Source of the DNA: a virus
Taxonomy: Duplodnaviria; Heunggongvirae; Uroviricota; Caudoviricetes
Strand: one strand, 5' to 3'
DNA length: 64,000 bases
Virus record (IMG/VR): IMGVR_UViG_3300020045_008999
Location: 352,001 to 416,000 of that record
A program made the position numbers and the translations under genes. The notes beneath the pieces were generated by a model. That model made no database searches. It had not been told where the DNA came from and saw nothing but the letters and a program-made list of their open reading frames with translations. Positions 49,934-59,349 of this stretch are shown piece by piece. Positions within the stretch are counted from its first letter, which is position 1; the number at the start of each line of letters is the position of its first letter.

Positions 49934-50318
49934 ATATAAATTCCTCTCTCCAATTCGGGTTTCCTATATTAATCACTTTGCAAATTTGATGATATATTGA
50001 GAGTTCATATTGATCATCATCGAAATGAATATCTATATTATTCCGTCTCAATTCTGCAATTTTAAGTTCTCGATTAGTGAAGCGAATTCGATCACGTCCT
50101 AAGCCTAACTGTTCGGCTACCTCAAAAACCTTAGATGCTTCATCGATATTTTTTATATAATTTTCGGCATATCGTTTTGTTATAATGTATATGGTATTGT
50201 CTTTTGACAAATCTAACAATAATTTACGAACATTATCTTTTTCAGAATTGATAGATCCGTCAAAATGATCATCCAATGTTCCGTCAAAGTCGAAAGATAT
50301 TCTTTTATTTATTATCAT
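49926..50318 (-). CDS. HAD-superfamily protein
   Basis: ISFDFDGTL, IITKR, HFDDD. Confidence 0.75.
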   Translation of the reverse strand: MIINKRISFDFDGTLDDHFDGSINSEKDNVRKLLLDLSKDNTIYIITKRYAENYIKNIDEASKVFEVAEQLGLGRDRIRFTNRELKIAELRRNNIDIHFDDDQYELSIYHQICKVINIGNPNWREEFIYD

Positions 50319-50527
50319 GTTTTATTTTTGATTAAAGTTTTTTTGATTAATATCCATTTATAGTATCCTGGTTCTAACCCACAGCGTTCAGTGGCGCAGG
50401 TAGTATCACATTGAATAATGTCTATGCTTCGGTACACATACTCTTCCATATATCTACATAACCATATAATTTTGGAATTAATTTTGACTGGTAGATATGC
50501 AAATTTATATATGGTTTTTGTAATCAT
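50315..50527 (-). CDS. Hypothetical protein
   Basis: 70 aa, ATGA-type overlaps with neighbours. Confidence 0.6.
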   Translation of the reverse strand: MITKTIYKFAYLPVKINSKIIWLCRYMEEYVYRSIDIIQCDTTCATERCGLEPGYYKWILIKKTLIKNKT

Positions 50528-50718
50528 ATTTTTTCGAATAAAAATTTTACAATACTAGATTTAGGGAATAATATTTTCATCAATAAAAATGGTAATAATA
50601 AAACCCACCAAAAATTCAAAACATCAGTTGTGATGTTAATTTCTAGAAATACAATACTCAATAATAGTATCATTGTACCACACATAATGCCGAATAATAT
50701 TACCTCGAAGCGGGACAC
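50524..50718 (-). CDS. Small membrane protein
   Basis: 64 aa, two hydrophobic segments, GTG start overlapping greA stop. Confidence 0.55.
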   Translation of the reverse strand: MSRFEVILFGIMCGTMILLLSIVFLEINITTDVLNFWWVLLLPFLLMKILFPKSSIVKFLFEKI

Positions 50719-51188
50719 TATAAAGTAATTTCTAGAATTTCCATTTCTATAATTCCAACAGGTACTTCGATGGTTGCAATTTCATTCAACTTCTTACCAT
50801 TTAAGCCTTTTGCAATCGGACTATTCATTGAAATTTTGCTATTTTTGACATCGATGTCGGTTTCTGGTACAATATGAAATGTTTGTTCACAATTCATTTT
50901 GCGATTAAATACTTTTACCGTTGTGAATACTTGTACACTGTCGGTTGATATGGCAGTATCATCTAATATAATCACGGTTTTTATCTTTTCGGACAGGACT
51001 GATATTTTACGTTGCAAATTATCATAGTTTTCTTTGGCTATATCATATTCCGCATTTTCGGAAATATCCCCTTTGTCTCTAGCATCACTGAGACTATTTA
51101 GTACTTCGCGAAGTTGTACACCTTTGAGTTCATTTAACTCATTTTCCATTTTTCTTAAACCCTTTAGGTTTGTCTTTACATTTTCCAT
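50718..51188 (-). CDS. greA: Transcription elongation factor GreA
   Basis: ARDKGDISENAEYDIAK, ISMNSPIAKGL, VPVG. Confidence 0.95.
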   Translation of the reverse strand: MENVKTNLKGLRKMENELNELKGVQLREVLNSLSDARDKGDISENAEYDIAKENYDNLQRKISVLSEKIKTVIILDDTAISTDSVQVFTTVKVFNRKMNCEQTFHIVPETDIDVKNSKISMNSPIAKGLNGKKLNEIATIEVPVGIIEMEILEITL

Positions 51189-51212
51189 ATTACTTATCTT
51201 TAATATTGGAGT

Positions 51213-51240
51213 ATTATACCAACAAATGTTTGGAAAGTTT
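51213..51240 (-). promoter_or_regulatory. AAACTT-N16-TATAAT promoter of greA operon
   Basis: Reverse complement aaactt-tccaaacatttgttgg-tataat. Confidence 0.65.
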
Positions 51241-51288
51241 AAAAGCGGATCATAAAAATAATATATAGTATGTGAAAAAAAAATATTT

Positions 51289-52002
51289 ATGAAAAAAATT
51301 AAAACATTCGAAAATTTTTTAGATACCCGACCTGATACTGTAATGAATCCGGAAATGGACCAAAGTATGCAACTTGACGTACGAAATTATGTTGATGATA
51401 TATTAAATGGTGATAAATTTAAACAGTTGTTCGACTTACTCGGTAGAGAAATTCCTGGTGAATCTGATAAAGTTGCGTTTGATGCAGCATTCGACGAGGT
51501 ACGCGATTTAGCGATATCGCACTTTATTAAAAATCCAGAAGAAATGGTGGATCGAGATGTTGATATTACTAATATGGTTGTTGATGGTGGTGATGGCATT
51601 CCGAGACTTAATAATGTGGGTGGTGTAATAAATGAGGATAAGTATGATGACGATTTCAAATTTGATCGAGCAGAAGATGATGCTGATGAGGTTGATATTA
51701 CTCTTTCAGACGCGATTAGTGCCATGATCGAAGAAACAGTGAATACTGGTGATATAAAAACAAAAGAAGGCTTCATACAGGCTTATTTGAAAGATGATAC
51801 CGAGGATACTGAAATAATTGGACTTATCAATGATTCGGATGTTTATGAATTTTATCTTAAATATAGAATCGAGGTTGATGAAGTGTTGAATAAGATAGAC
51901 TTTTTCGATGAAGCACCTAGTTCTGATAATATTTTCGGGGTGTATGATTACATTGTATATGCAACTAAGTTTGCGGTCAAAAATGTAGTCACTAATTTAT
52001 AA
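51289..52002 (+). CDS. Acidic protein with MKKIKTFENF start
   Basis: 237 aa; late promoter 51259-51267; internal VINE. Confidence 0.75.
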   Translation: MKKIKTFENFLDTRPDTVMNPEMDQSMQLDVRNYVDDILNGDKFKQLFDLLGREIPGESDKVAFDAAFDEVRDLAISHFIKNPEEMVDRDVDITNMVVDGGDGIPRLNNVGGVINEDKYDDDFKFDRAEDDADEVDITLSDAISAMIEETVNTGDIKTKEGFIQAYLKDDTEDTEIIGLINDSDVYEFYLKYRIEVDEVLNKIDFFDEAPSSDNIFGVYDYIVYATKFAVKNVVTNL

Positions 52003-52069
52003 TAAAAACCCCCTCTGTATAAAATTTATAGAGGGGGTTTTAAGCATGATATATTATTTCACTGATAGC

Positions 52070-52465
52070 TTATAGCAAATTTAATCCATTCATTACCTCT
52101 TTAGATTTACTAAGAGACCATTGATAATTTTTTTCTTCTAAATCACCTAAATCTTTGCGTTTTAAATTTTGATTTGCATCGGCAAAATAACACTGAAGTG
52201 CTTTTTCTAATACATTAATAGTTGGTTTATCGATTAATGTGAATGTAGTCAATTCACACATACCTAAATTGCTAATATAGTCATCACTAACAATGTATCC
52301 ACCAGACATGTCTTTAATTGTTTTCGCTTTTTCGATGAGTGTATCTATCGATTCACCATGATTGTATATAAAAGGAGTATCTGATTCGTAAACACCTTTT
52401 TGCAACAAGTTCGCATCTATGAATTTACCGAAGTAAGTTAATGCTTTTAATTTTAGTTGTACCAT
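52070..52465 (-). CDS. Hypothetical protein
   Basis: 131 aa ORF. Confidence 0.65.
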   Translation of the reverse strand: MVQLKLKALTYFGKFIDANLLQKGVYESDTPFIYNHGESIDTLIEKAKTIKDMSGGYIVSDDYISNLGMCELTTFTLIDKPTINVLEKALQCYFADANQNLKRKDLGDLEEKNYQWSLSKSKEVMNGLNLL

Positions 52466-52529
52466 GATTATTTAATTTAGTATTTATAATGATTTTGTCC
52501 GTATTACAGTGATATTATATTTATATATG

Positions 52530-52967
52530 TTAAATTCTGTCCAGCAAAAACTCACCAGATTCTAGTATTGTGTGTTTGGTGTACAGTTGCTCCTTAAGTT
52601 CGTTTATCCATCTGTCCCAATTATCATCTATCATCGCAATGAATTCTGGTGAACTATTTCGATTTTTATAACGACGTAAATATTCGAGTTTTAATTCATT
52701 TTTTGGGTAAATTAATCTAACATCAATCCCTAAATCATGCAATTTGTTTAATACAATAGGGTCTGTTGATATAAATAAATATTTTACATCACCGGTGACT
52801 GACATTATATTCGCTATATAATTTTCCGGGAAGTCCGAATCTCTATATTCCCAACACTCTAGTTCTTTGTAGGTATCTGGGAATTTTGAACATAAATAAC
52901 TTTTACCAGTGCCACAAAATGCAGCACATATTTCGGTATTTTTATTGGTGTATTTATTTGATTTCAA
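52530..52967 (-). CDS. Small P-loop protein
   Basis: ICAAFCGTGKS Walker A-like motif; start codon uncertain. Confidence 0.65.
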   Translation of the reverse strand: MKSNKYTNKNTEICAAFCGTGKSYLCSKFPDTYKELECWEYRDSDFPENYIANIMSVTGDVKYLFISTDPIVLNKLHDLGIDVRLIYPKNELKLEYLRRYKNRNSSPEFIAMIDDNWDRWINELKEQLYTKHTILESGEFLLDRI

Positions 52968-53144
52968 AAATATAATATCTAATCATGGAAAATATACACA
53001 AATATAATGAAATAATATGGAACAATCCACTAAAATTTATATTCTTTATTAAACTTGTAAAAATATTAATGGGAATGTGAGGATGTAACTTATGATAACT
53101 ATGTAACATGCATTTTTTTATATATAATAAAAACAAAACATTAT

Positions 53145-55799
53145 ATGGCCTCGACCCCCCTTTACCGCCCGATGAAAAATAGAGGAACTTCGTTCTATGC
53201 ATTCCCTGGTGCTGGTGATGATATTGCCATTGCATATCAAAATCAAAATCAGAAAATGTATTTTAGTAAATATGCACTTATTAATATACCTATCGATAAT
53301 TCGAGTACTAATGATATCACACCAAAATATTTTAACTTTGATGCGGCATTTAATCGTTCGGAAAGTTCAACTTCTTCCTCATCATTTAATGACCGTCTAG
53401 TAGAGTCACTTCGAAATTATGTTGCCAACCATGAGATCACTATGAAGGAATCGCGTATTAATAATACTGAATACTTCTATAACCAAAATGTATTATCAAC
53501 ACCGACCGAACGAATTTTTTGGAAATGGGCTAAGAAATTAAATCTGATTGAATTTGAACCAGCAAACGTAGGTGATGAATACTTTGGAAATTTGATTGAT
53601 TTTGAGCGACGTGATGCTACTGATGATTCATACTTTCCAGAAATTTTGTGGCGTGAGAGGGCAGTTGTGGACTATCGAATAGTTGATTTTTATGAGACTG
53701 ATAATTTAGTTTATATCAACAAGATGGAAATAGAATTTACCGGATCAGTTAATTATAAAGTTGGTGATATTATAAAACTAAATATTCCAAATTATTTAGA
53801 CTTTAATGTCGTAGTGTTGTACGTAATACCAATTAGTGGGGTTAGGGGACAACGTGTAATTATTGATCTGTATTCTACTGATAACTCAAACCCAACTCTT
53901 AATGTGGGTACCTCGACACTTGTCTATAATAAATTAATACAATATGTTGGTGAAGTTAATGGGGTAAATAATGTACAAGAGGCAAATCGCTCATATACCG
54001 AGGTGTATGCACATATACCAGATCATACCGGCCAAACACCTGACGTTTTATTTAGAACTACATATGATGAAAATTATTCACCGAATTTACAATTTCCAAT
54101 TCAGCCCGGTCAAATTCAGCCGGAGATAGTGGGTGCCGAGATATATGCTAACCCAATTGTTGCCTCACCACAAAATTACCCAGGTGATTACTATGGGCAA
54201 TTCGATACTGAATTCTATACATACGAGACAGCAAGTGGTGATCAATTAAGAAGAAGTGGTGACTATTATGGTGTACGCGGAACCGTTGATAACCCTTTAT
54301 TTGATGGTAGTGGGATTGATGGTATTAGTATGGATTTTGATATATCACATTATGTTAAAATGAATGTCATCGGTGAGGAAATTACGAACTTTGACCAATT
54401 CAATGCATTGATGGTGAACAATCAGGTTCCTAAAGATTTCGAATATAATGCAATTCTGTGGTATTATACTGTTGAGGATGAACTTGGTAATAAAGTAAGT
54501 AATTTATATGGTGTTTCGTTTGTGGATAATCCGGTTAATAATGAAATCGCATCCGAAGCTAATTTGAAAATACAATCTGTGAAAAAATTTGTTTCTACAG
54601 ATTTACAAGATGGTACTGCTTATATGCATTCGTTAAACTTGAACTATAATATCATTAATGAAAATACACAAGATACGTATAATCCAGAGGCAATAAACTC
54701 TCTTTATAGTTTTAATTTATACAATGAAGCAATGCGTAAATTGTCTATAGCGAATGATTCTTTTATGAAAATATTAGTGTCTCATAGTAATTTACAAACT
54801 GATGTTTTGAATTTAAAGCAATTGATATATACACAATCTGATCTATCTACGATTAATTCAAAAATTAATAATTTGGATAAATTACTCAATTTATACCAAA
54901 CAAACCAGATAACATCAACAAACAGTATAGAGGTTATTTTAGACAATGTTACCAGTCCGCCAAGTATAAAACTTAACTCAAAAGATACTTTATATGAGCG
55001 ATGTGATACCATATATACCAGTGATATGTATAATACGAGTGGTATAATCGCGGTCAATACGATGGTACCGAATCACAAAAACTTACTAATACGCGTTAAT
55101 AACGATGATACTGTCAAATCTGATATAGGTGATGGGAATCTGAGTATTGTACTATCTAAAGATTTGAAGCCATTACAATCGGTGACCATAATAGTGGCCG
55201 GGATTGATAAATCACTTGAAAATAAAAAGTTAGACATATTTATAAATAGAGATACTAATACCAATAATGGTGCTACGTATACCATACAAAATAAATTAAT
55301 TGGTGATGTGAATTTGCCAGTATTAGGTAAAACGGTTGGGGATGGTGTGAATGCTGCTAAATGGATGCAAGCGTTTGATTATTCTATCAAAATGGATGGG
55401 TATAATATGGTTGTTGATTCAAATGCTCACATGAAAATACTGTTAGATGTAAGTGATTGGGATGTTTCGCTTACAAAAGGGGATACCTTATTATTGACTA
55501 ATTTTATTATAGATAATGGGGGTGTTAAACAAGATTTATCCGATCAATTTAATATTTATGATGTTGGTTTTGAGGGTGTTGATGGGAAGTTTTACTATAA
55601 AATAATACTAGATGTTGGTACAAGTGAATTATTCCAAAACATCAATAGTATCTTTAATGATCGCACTTCAACTACCAATAGGTTATTGTCAAAACCATCT
55701 ATTAAATTAAATATAGGATCTAAAATAACGATTACCAAGATTGGTGATGATTCTATTTTTAGCGATGATGATTATTTGATTGAGGTACAGTCACTTTAA
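53145..55799 (+). CDS. Large putative virion structural protein
   Basis: 884 aa, Asn/Thr/beta-rich, late promoter 53118-53126. Confidence 0.65.
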   Translation: MASTPLYRPMKNRGTSFYAFPGAGDDIAIAYQNQNQKMYFSKYALINIPIDNSSTNDITPKYFNFDAAFNRSESSTSSSSFNDRLVESLRNYVANHEITMKESRINNTEYFYNQNVLSTPTERIFWKWAKKLNLIEFEPANVGDEYFGNLIDFERRDATDDSYFPEILWRERAVVDYRIVDFYETDNLVYINKMEIEFTGSVNYKVGDIIKLNIPNYLDFNVVVLYVIPISGVRGQRVIIDLYSTDNSNPTLNVGTSTLVYNKLIQYVGEVNGVNNVQEANRSYTEVYAHIPDHTGQTPDVLFRTTYDENYSPNLQFPIQPGQIQPEIVGAEIYANPIVASPQNYPGDYYGQFDTEFYTYETASGDQLRRSGDYYGVRGTVDNPLFDGSGIDGISMDFDISHYVKMNVIGEEITNFDQFNALMVNNQVPKDFEYNAILWYYTVEDELGNKVSNLYGVSFVDNPVNNEIASEANLKIQSVKKFVSTDLQDGTAYMHSLNLNYNIINENTQDTYNPEAINSLYSFNLYNEAMRKLSIANDSFMKILVSHSNLQTDVLNLKQLIYTQSDLSTINSKINNLDKLLNLYQTNQITSTNSIEVILDNVTSPPSIKLNSKDTLYERCDTIYTSDMYNTSGIIAVNTMVPNHKNLLIRVNNDDTVKSDIGDGNLSIVLSKDLKPLQSVTIIVAGIDKSLENKKLDIFINRDTNTNNGATYTIQNKLIGDVNLPVLGKTVGDGVNAAKWMQAFDYSIKMDGYNMVVDSNAHMKILLDVSDWDVSLTKGDTLLLTNFIIDNGGVKQDLSDQFNIYDVGFEGVDGKFYYKIILDVGTSELFQNINSIFNDRTSTTNRLLSKPSIKLNIGSKITITKIGDDSIFSDDDYLIEVQSL

Positions 55800-55833
55800 A
55801 TTTTTAATATATAGTATAAACTAATATTAAACA

Positions 55834-56619
55834 ATGGGATGTGGAAATAAATCTTTATTTGGAGAGACCTCTGGTGGTAACATAAAGTATCAGGGTAATG
55901 ATTTGGTCTCTATTGAGGGTGCTAATATATTAGAGCGACTTTTATTGGGTGGTATTTCAATTCCATATCAACAAATACTTAAAAGTCGAATAATTCTTAA
56001 AGCTGGTCAAACTAACTATCTAATGAATCATCTAGGGCTTGGACACAACGTTACATTTGTTGCGATTGTTGCTAAATATGCAGTTAAATCTAAGTTGGAG
56101 ATAGATAATTATATTACATACTCGTATGTCGATAATCCAACTATTACATTTCCAATGTCCCAGATATTGACTCTTAGTGGAAATAGTACTCATAGAATAT
56201 CTCAACTATATTTGAATAATCCAAATCCTAATTATCAAGTCATATTGGATGTGATGGTAGCGACCATTGATGAGGTGGTTGAATTTTCACAAAATGGTCC
56301 TGTTATAACATTTTCAAACAATGTATTTATTGGTAGTTCACTTGGTTTAACACAATCTGGTATTCCAAGTACAGAAACCGCCACTGAATTTTATACAACG
56401 ATTGACACTGTGGTTGCAAGTACGTTAGATATATATGACTTAGTTCTGACTGTTTTGGATGATATTGATACAATTTCAAAATCGGATATTCGTATAGAAT
56501 TTAATGGTGCGCCTTATGTAGGAATTGGAATCACACAAAGTGGTGTTTATTCATTTAGTGTTGTGGACACTAGTTACAATTTAACCGAAGCGAATTTATA
56601 CATCAACTTAATAAATTAA
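55834..56619 (+). CDS. Putative structural protein (beta-rich)
   Basis: 261 aa; late promoter 55805-55813. Confidence 0.65.
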   Translation: MGCGNKSLFGETSGGNIKYQGNDLVSIEGANILERLLLGGISIPYQQILKSRIILKAGQTNYLMNHLGLGHNVTFVAIVAKYAVKSKLEIDNYITYSYVDNPTITFPMSQILTLSGNSTHRISQLYLNNPNPNYQVILDVMVATIDEVVEFSQNGPVITFSNNVFIGSSLGLTQSGIPSTETATEFYTTIDTVVASTLDIYDLVLTVLDDIDTISKSDIRIEFNGAPYVGIGITQSGVYSFSVVDTSYNLTEANLYINLIN

Positions 56620-56624
56620 CAATT

Positions 56625-57566
56625 ATGAAATCAATATTAAAATTTAACGAGTACATAACCGAAGATTTCTCTCAGAAATTTAGAGGATTTCCATCTGTCG
56701 GGGATTTTGTAGAAAGTCATATTGATGATGAATACATACTATCTATGGTTAATTTCTACATAAAAGATATGGATCACACTGTAAAAGTTGCTAACGCTGT
56801 AAATACGTTAGATTTATCTACACTTGATTATTTGTATAAAAAAATATGTAGTTATTTAGATCATGGTGATGCGGATGATGCGGGTATAAATGAAGCGATC
56901 GGGATTGTTGCTGGTAAAAATATATTCAAATCATTTCTTCGTATGTTGGCAGCATTGGGATTAAAAGAAAATAAACCGGATTGGGAATCTACACCATCTG
57001 ATTTCTTATTGTACTATCAATTTGATAGTTTGCGATTTGACGACATTCGAACAATGATGGGCCGATTTAAATCTTTAGTGCCTTTCATAGAGCGTCTGGA
57101 GCAAAATGATAATCAGAAATTGTATTTTGGAATCAATAGTAATATGGAATTTGAATATGGTATATTTGTGAAAAATCACAATTATATAGGCAAATTCAAA
57201 ATGAATAAATCAAATTATAATTGGTTAATTACACAAGAAACTGCCGCATCTAGTTCGTTAAAACGTGAATTGGTGGATTTATCTATTGATAAAATTGCAT
57301 TATTTAGCAAGATAAAAAAAGATATACAATCGTTTGTACCAGGTAAATATAAATCTAAAACAGTACCTACTATTGTTGGTGATGTAATGACCTTCTCGTA
57401 TCATGGTATTGGGAGGTGGGCAGATGGTGAAATAGATCAATCGGATATGATAACACTGAAAGAAAATTTTAAATTATGGGCATCTAAGTTTAAGTGGTCA
57501 TATAAATGTAGAATTAATGTATCGGCGAATGACTTCTGGATAAAATACCAAATTAAAATAAGTTAA
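56625..57566 (+). CDS. Hypothetical protein with MKSILKFNEYITE start
   Basis: 313 aa; shared N-terminal motif, internal GINEA. Confidence 0.75.
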   Translation: MKSILKFNEYITEDFSQKFRGFPSVGDFVESHIDDEYILSMVNFYIKDMDHTVKVANAVNTLDLSTLDYLYKKICSYLDHGDADDAGINEAIGIVAGKNIFKSFLRMLAALGLKENKPDWESTPSDFLLYYQFDSLRFDDIRTMMGRFKSLVPFIERLEQNDNQKLYFGINSNMEFEYGIFVKNHNYIGKFKMNKSNYNWLITQETAASSSLKRELVDLSIDKIALFSKIKKDIQSFVPGKYKSKTVPTIVGDVMTFSYHGIGRWADGEIDQSDMITLKENFKLWASKFKWSYKCRINVSANDFWIKYQIKIS

Positions 57567-57606
57567 TATCTGATTTTTTGACATGTCATGATAAATTTTT
57601 ATTCTT

Positions 57607-57720
57607 ATTCAGGTGAACTGAATGAGTGAACCCCAAGAGTAGCGAATTCTTGGGGTTCTTTTTATAGCTTAAACTATAACCGGTCCTAAAGTGTGGGAGT
57701 GTTTCACCCACCCGGTTGAG
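57607..57720 (-). ncRNA. Candidate structured small RNA
   Basis: GC-rich nested hairpins in a 230-nt ORF-free gap directly downstream of a minus-strand TAATATATA (57724-57732) that has no convincing CDS. Confidence 0.35.
57628..57663 (+). terminator. Intrinsic terminator
   Basis: gaaccccaaga-gtagcgaat-tcttggggttc followed by TTTTT. Confidence 0.75.
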
Positions 57721-57798
57721 TATTATATATTAACTTTTTGTTCTCAAAAAGACAACTTTACGGCTTTTTTATTATAAAAGAATAAATGAAAATAACAT

Positions 57799-58566
57799 AT
57801 GAGTATAATGAACGTTATTAAAAGTTTGTGCACCCGTAACAAACAGATAAATATTAATGAATTACCATCAATGGGATTATTTTATCCATCTGATATGAAG
57901 CTATATATAGGTAAATGTACCAAAGAAGACATAAATACATATAGTAAATCATGTGATCCCACTAACATACTTTCAATTGTACACTGTATGAAAACAATTG
58001 TTGAAAAATGTGTAACTCTTAATAAAGAATATTGTAAAAATTCAATAAAGAGTATTGATATGCTTTATATTTTCTTAGAAATTGTCAAGTATACTACAAA
58101 TAAACCTATATTGGTATCTTTTTATGATGATGAAATTGGCGCAACTAGTGAAATTGAAATGTCCTCAGAAACATTTGAATATATGGACACCACCGATTTA
58201 ATGCAATATTATCGATCGGATACCCGTGAATTTGAAATCAATGGTTATCGCCTATCACTACCTTCTAAAGGTGTTGAAAATTCATTGACCGAGTATCTTT
58301 CTAGAAATGTTTCGGACGAAAGTGCAATGCTATTGTCCAGTTACAGTTATGATTTTATTTATTTTCTAGGCAATCGTAATATAATAACCTTTGATGAAAT
58401 TGACAATCTGATTGAAATATTCAACGATGATATGAATGATGCTAATAAAGCAATCGTATCTGATATAGTTATGTTATTTTCGAAAATGATTAGTTATAAT
58501 TTAATCAAAAATGGTCGTCAAATTGAACTTCGTTCTAAAATAAAAATGTCTACAATCTGGAAATAA
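57799..58566 (+). CDS. Second gp26-like baseplate hub protein
   Basis: LPSMGLFYP, IDMLYIFLEI; same architecture as 12550..13494 without Cys pairs. Confidence 0.55.
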   Translation: MSIMNVIKSLCTRNKQININELPSMGLFYPSDMKLYIGKCTKEDINTYSKSCDPTNILSIVHCMKTIVEKCVTLNKEYCKNSIKSIDMLYIFLEIVKYTTNKPILVSFYDDEIGATSEIEMSSETFEYMDTTDLMQYYRSDTREFEINGYRLSLPSKGVENSLTEYLSRNVSDESAMLLSSYSYDFIYFLGNRNIITFDEIDNLIEIFNDDMNDANKAIVSDIVMLFSKMISYNLIKNGRQIELRSKIKMSTIWK

Positions 58567-58594
58567 ATGGAATTTTGTTTTTTATATATAATTC

Positions 58595-59293
58595 ATGAAT
58601 TGTGTGAAAAATGAAGACTGTTTAATAGGAATAAAAAAAATATCAAAAAATATGGTAGATCTGATTTTGACGGATCCACCATATTTCATTTCAAAACCAT
58701 CCAATTTCCATATTGGCGGGTCGGTAGATGGAAGATTTGAGTCTATGACTCATGAATTTGGCAAATGGGATACCGAAGAGACATCGCTTCCACTTGGGGA
58801 ATTATTTCTGGAATATTATCGTGTTCTCAGAATGGGTGGAACCCTTATCATTTTTTTTGATATTTGGAAATGTAATGAGATAAAAAAGGCAGCAGAACTT
58901 GCTGGATTTAAACAATCAAGAGTATGTCAGTGGGTTAAAACAAATCCAACACCGGTCAATTCAAAGTACAACTATTTATCAAATGGTATAGAGTACTTCT
59001 TCACTTTTGTGAAATATCGAAAGGGTACATTCAATTCTAAATATGATCATGGTATATATCATTATCCTATATGTCATGGACATGAGAGAACTTCCCATCC
59101 TACTCAAAAACCATTGAAATTATTTATGGACTTAATTGAGAAACATAGTAGTGAGGGAGATTTAGTATTGGATACATTTGCTGGGAGTGGGACAACAGCA
59201 ATTGCCTGTATTAATTTGAATCGAAAATATATGCTATTTGAATCAAACCCAGAATATTATGAAATTTCGTTAAAAAGAATTGTAAATAAGTAA
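58595..59293 (+). CDS. DNA amino-methyltransferase (N6-adenine/N4-cytosine, beta class)
   Basis: LTDPPY, HPTQKP, VLDTFAGSGTT. Confidence 0.93.
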   Translation: MNCVKNEDCLIGIKKISKNMVDLILTDPPYFISKPSNFHIGGSVDGRFESMTHEFGKWDTEETSLPLGELFLEYYRVLRMGGTLIIFFDIWKCNEIKKAAELAGFKQSRVCQWVKTNPTPVNSKYNYLSNGIEYFFTFVKYRKGTFNSKYDHGIYHYPICHGHERTSHPTQKPLKLFMDLIEKHSSEGDLVLDTFAGSGTTAIACINLNRKYMLFESNPEYYEISLKRIVNK

Positions 59294-59349
59294 AACTTTA
59301 GTTTGTAATATTAATATATAGTGTGTACCTTTGTGGTATAATAAAATAA

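Noticed and set aside
57607-57660. Hammerhead ribozyme
   Set aside because: CTGAATGA does not fit CUGANGA and no correctly placed GAAA core was found
58595-59293. Restriction-modification system
   Set aside because: Methyltransferase has no adjacent endonuclease; flanked by a gp26-like gene and tmRNA, so treated as an orphan MTase
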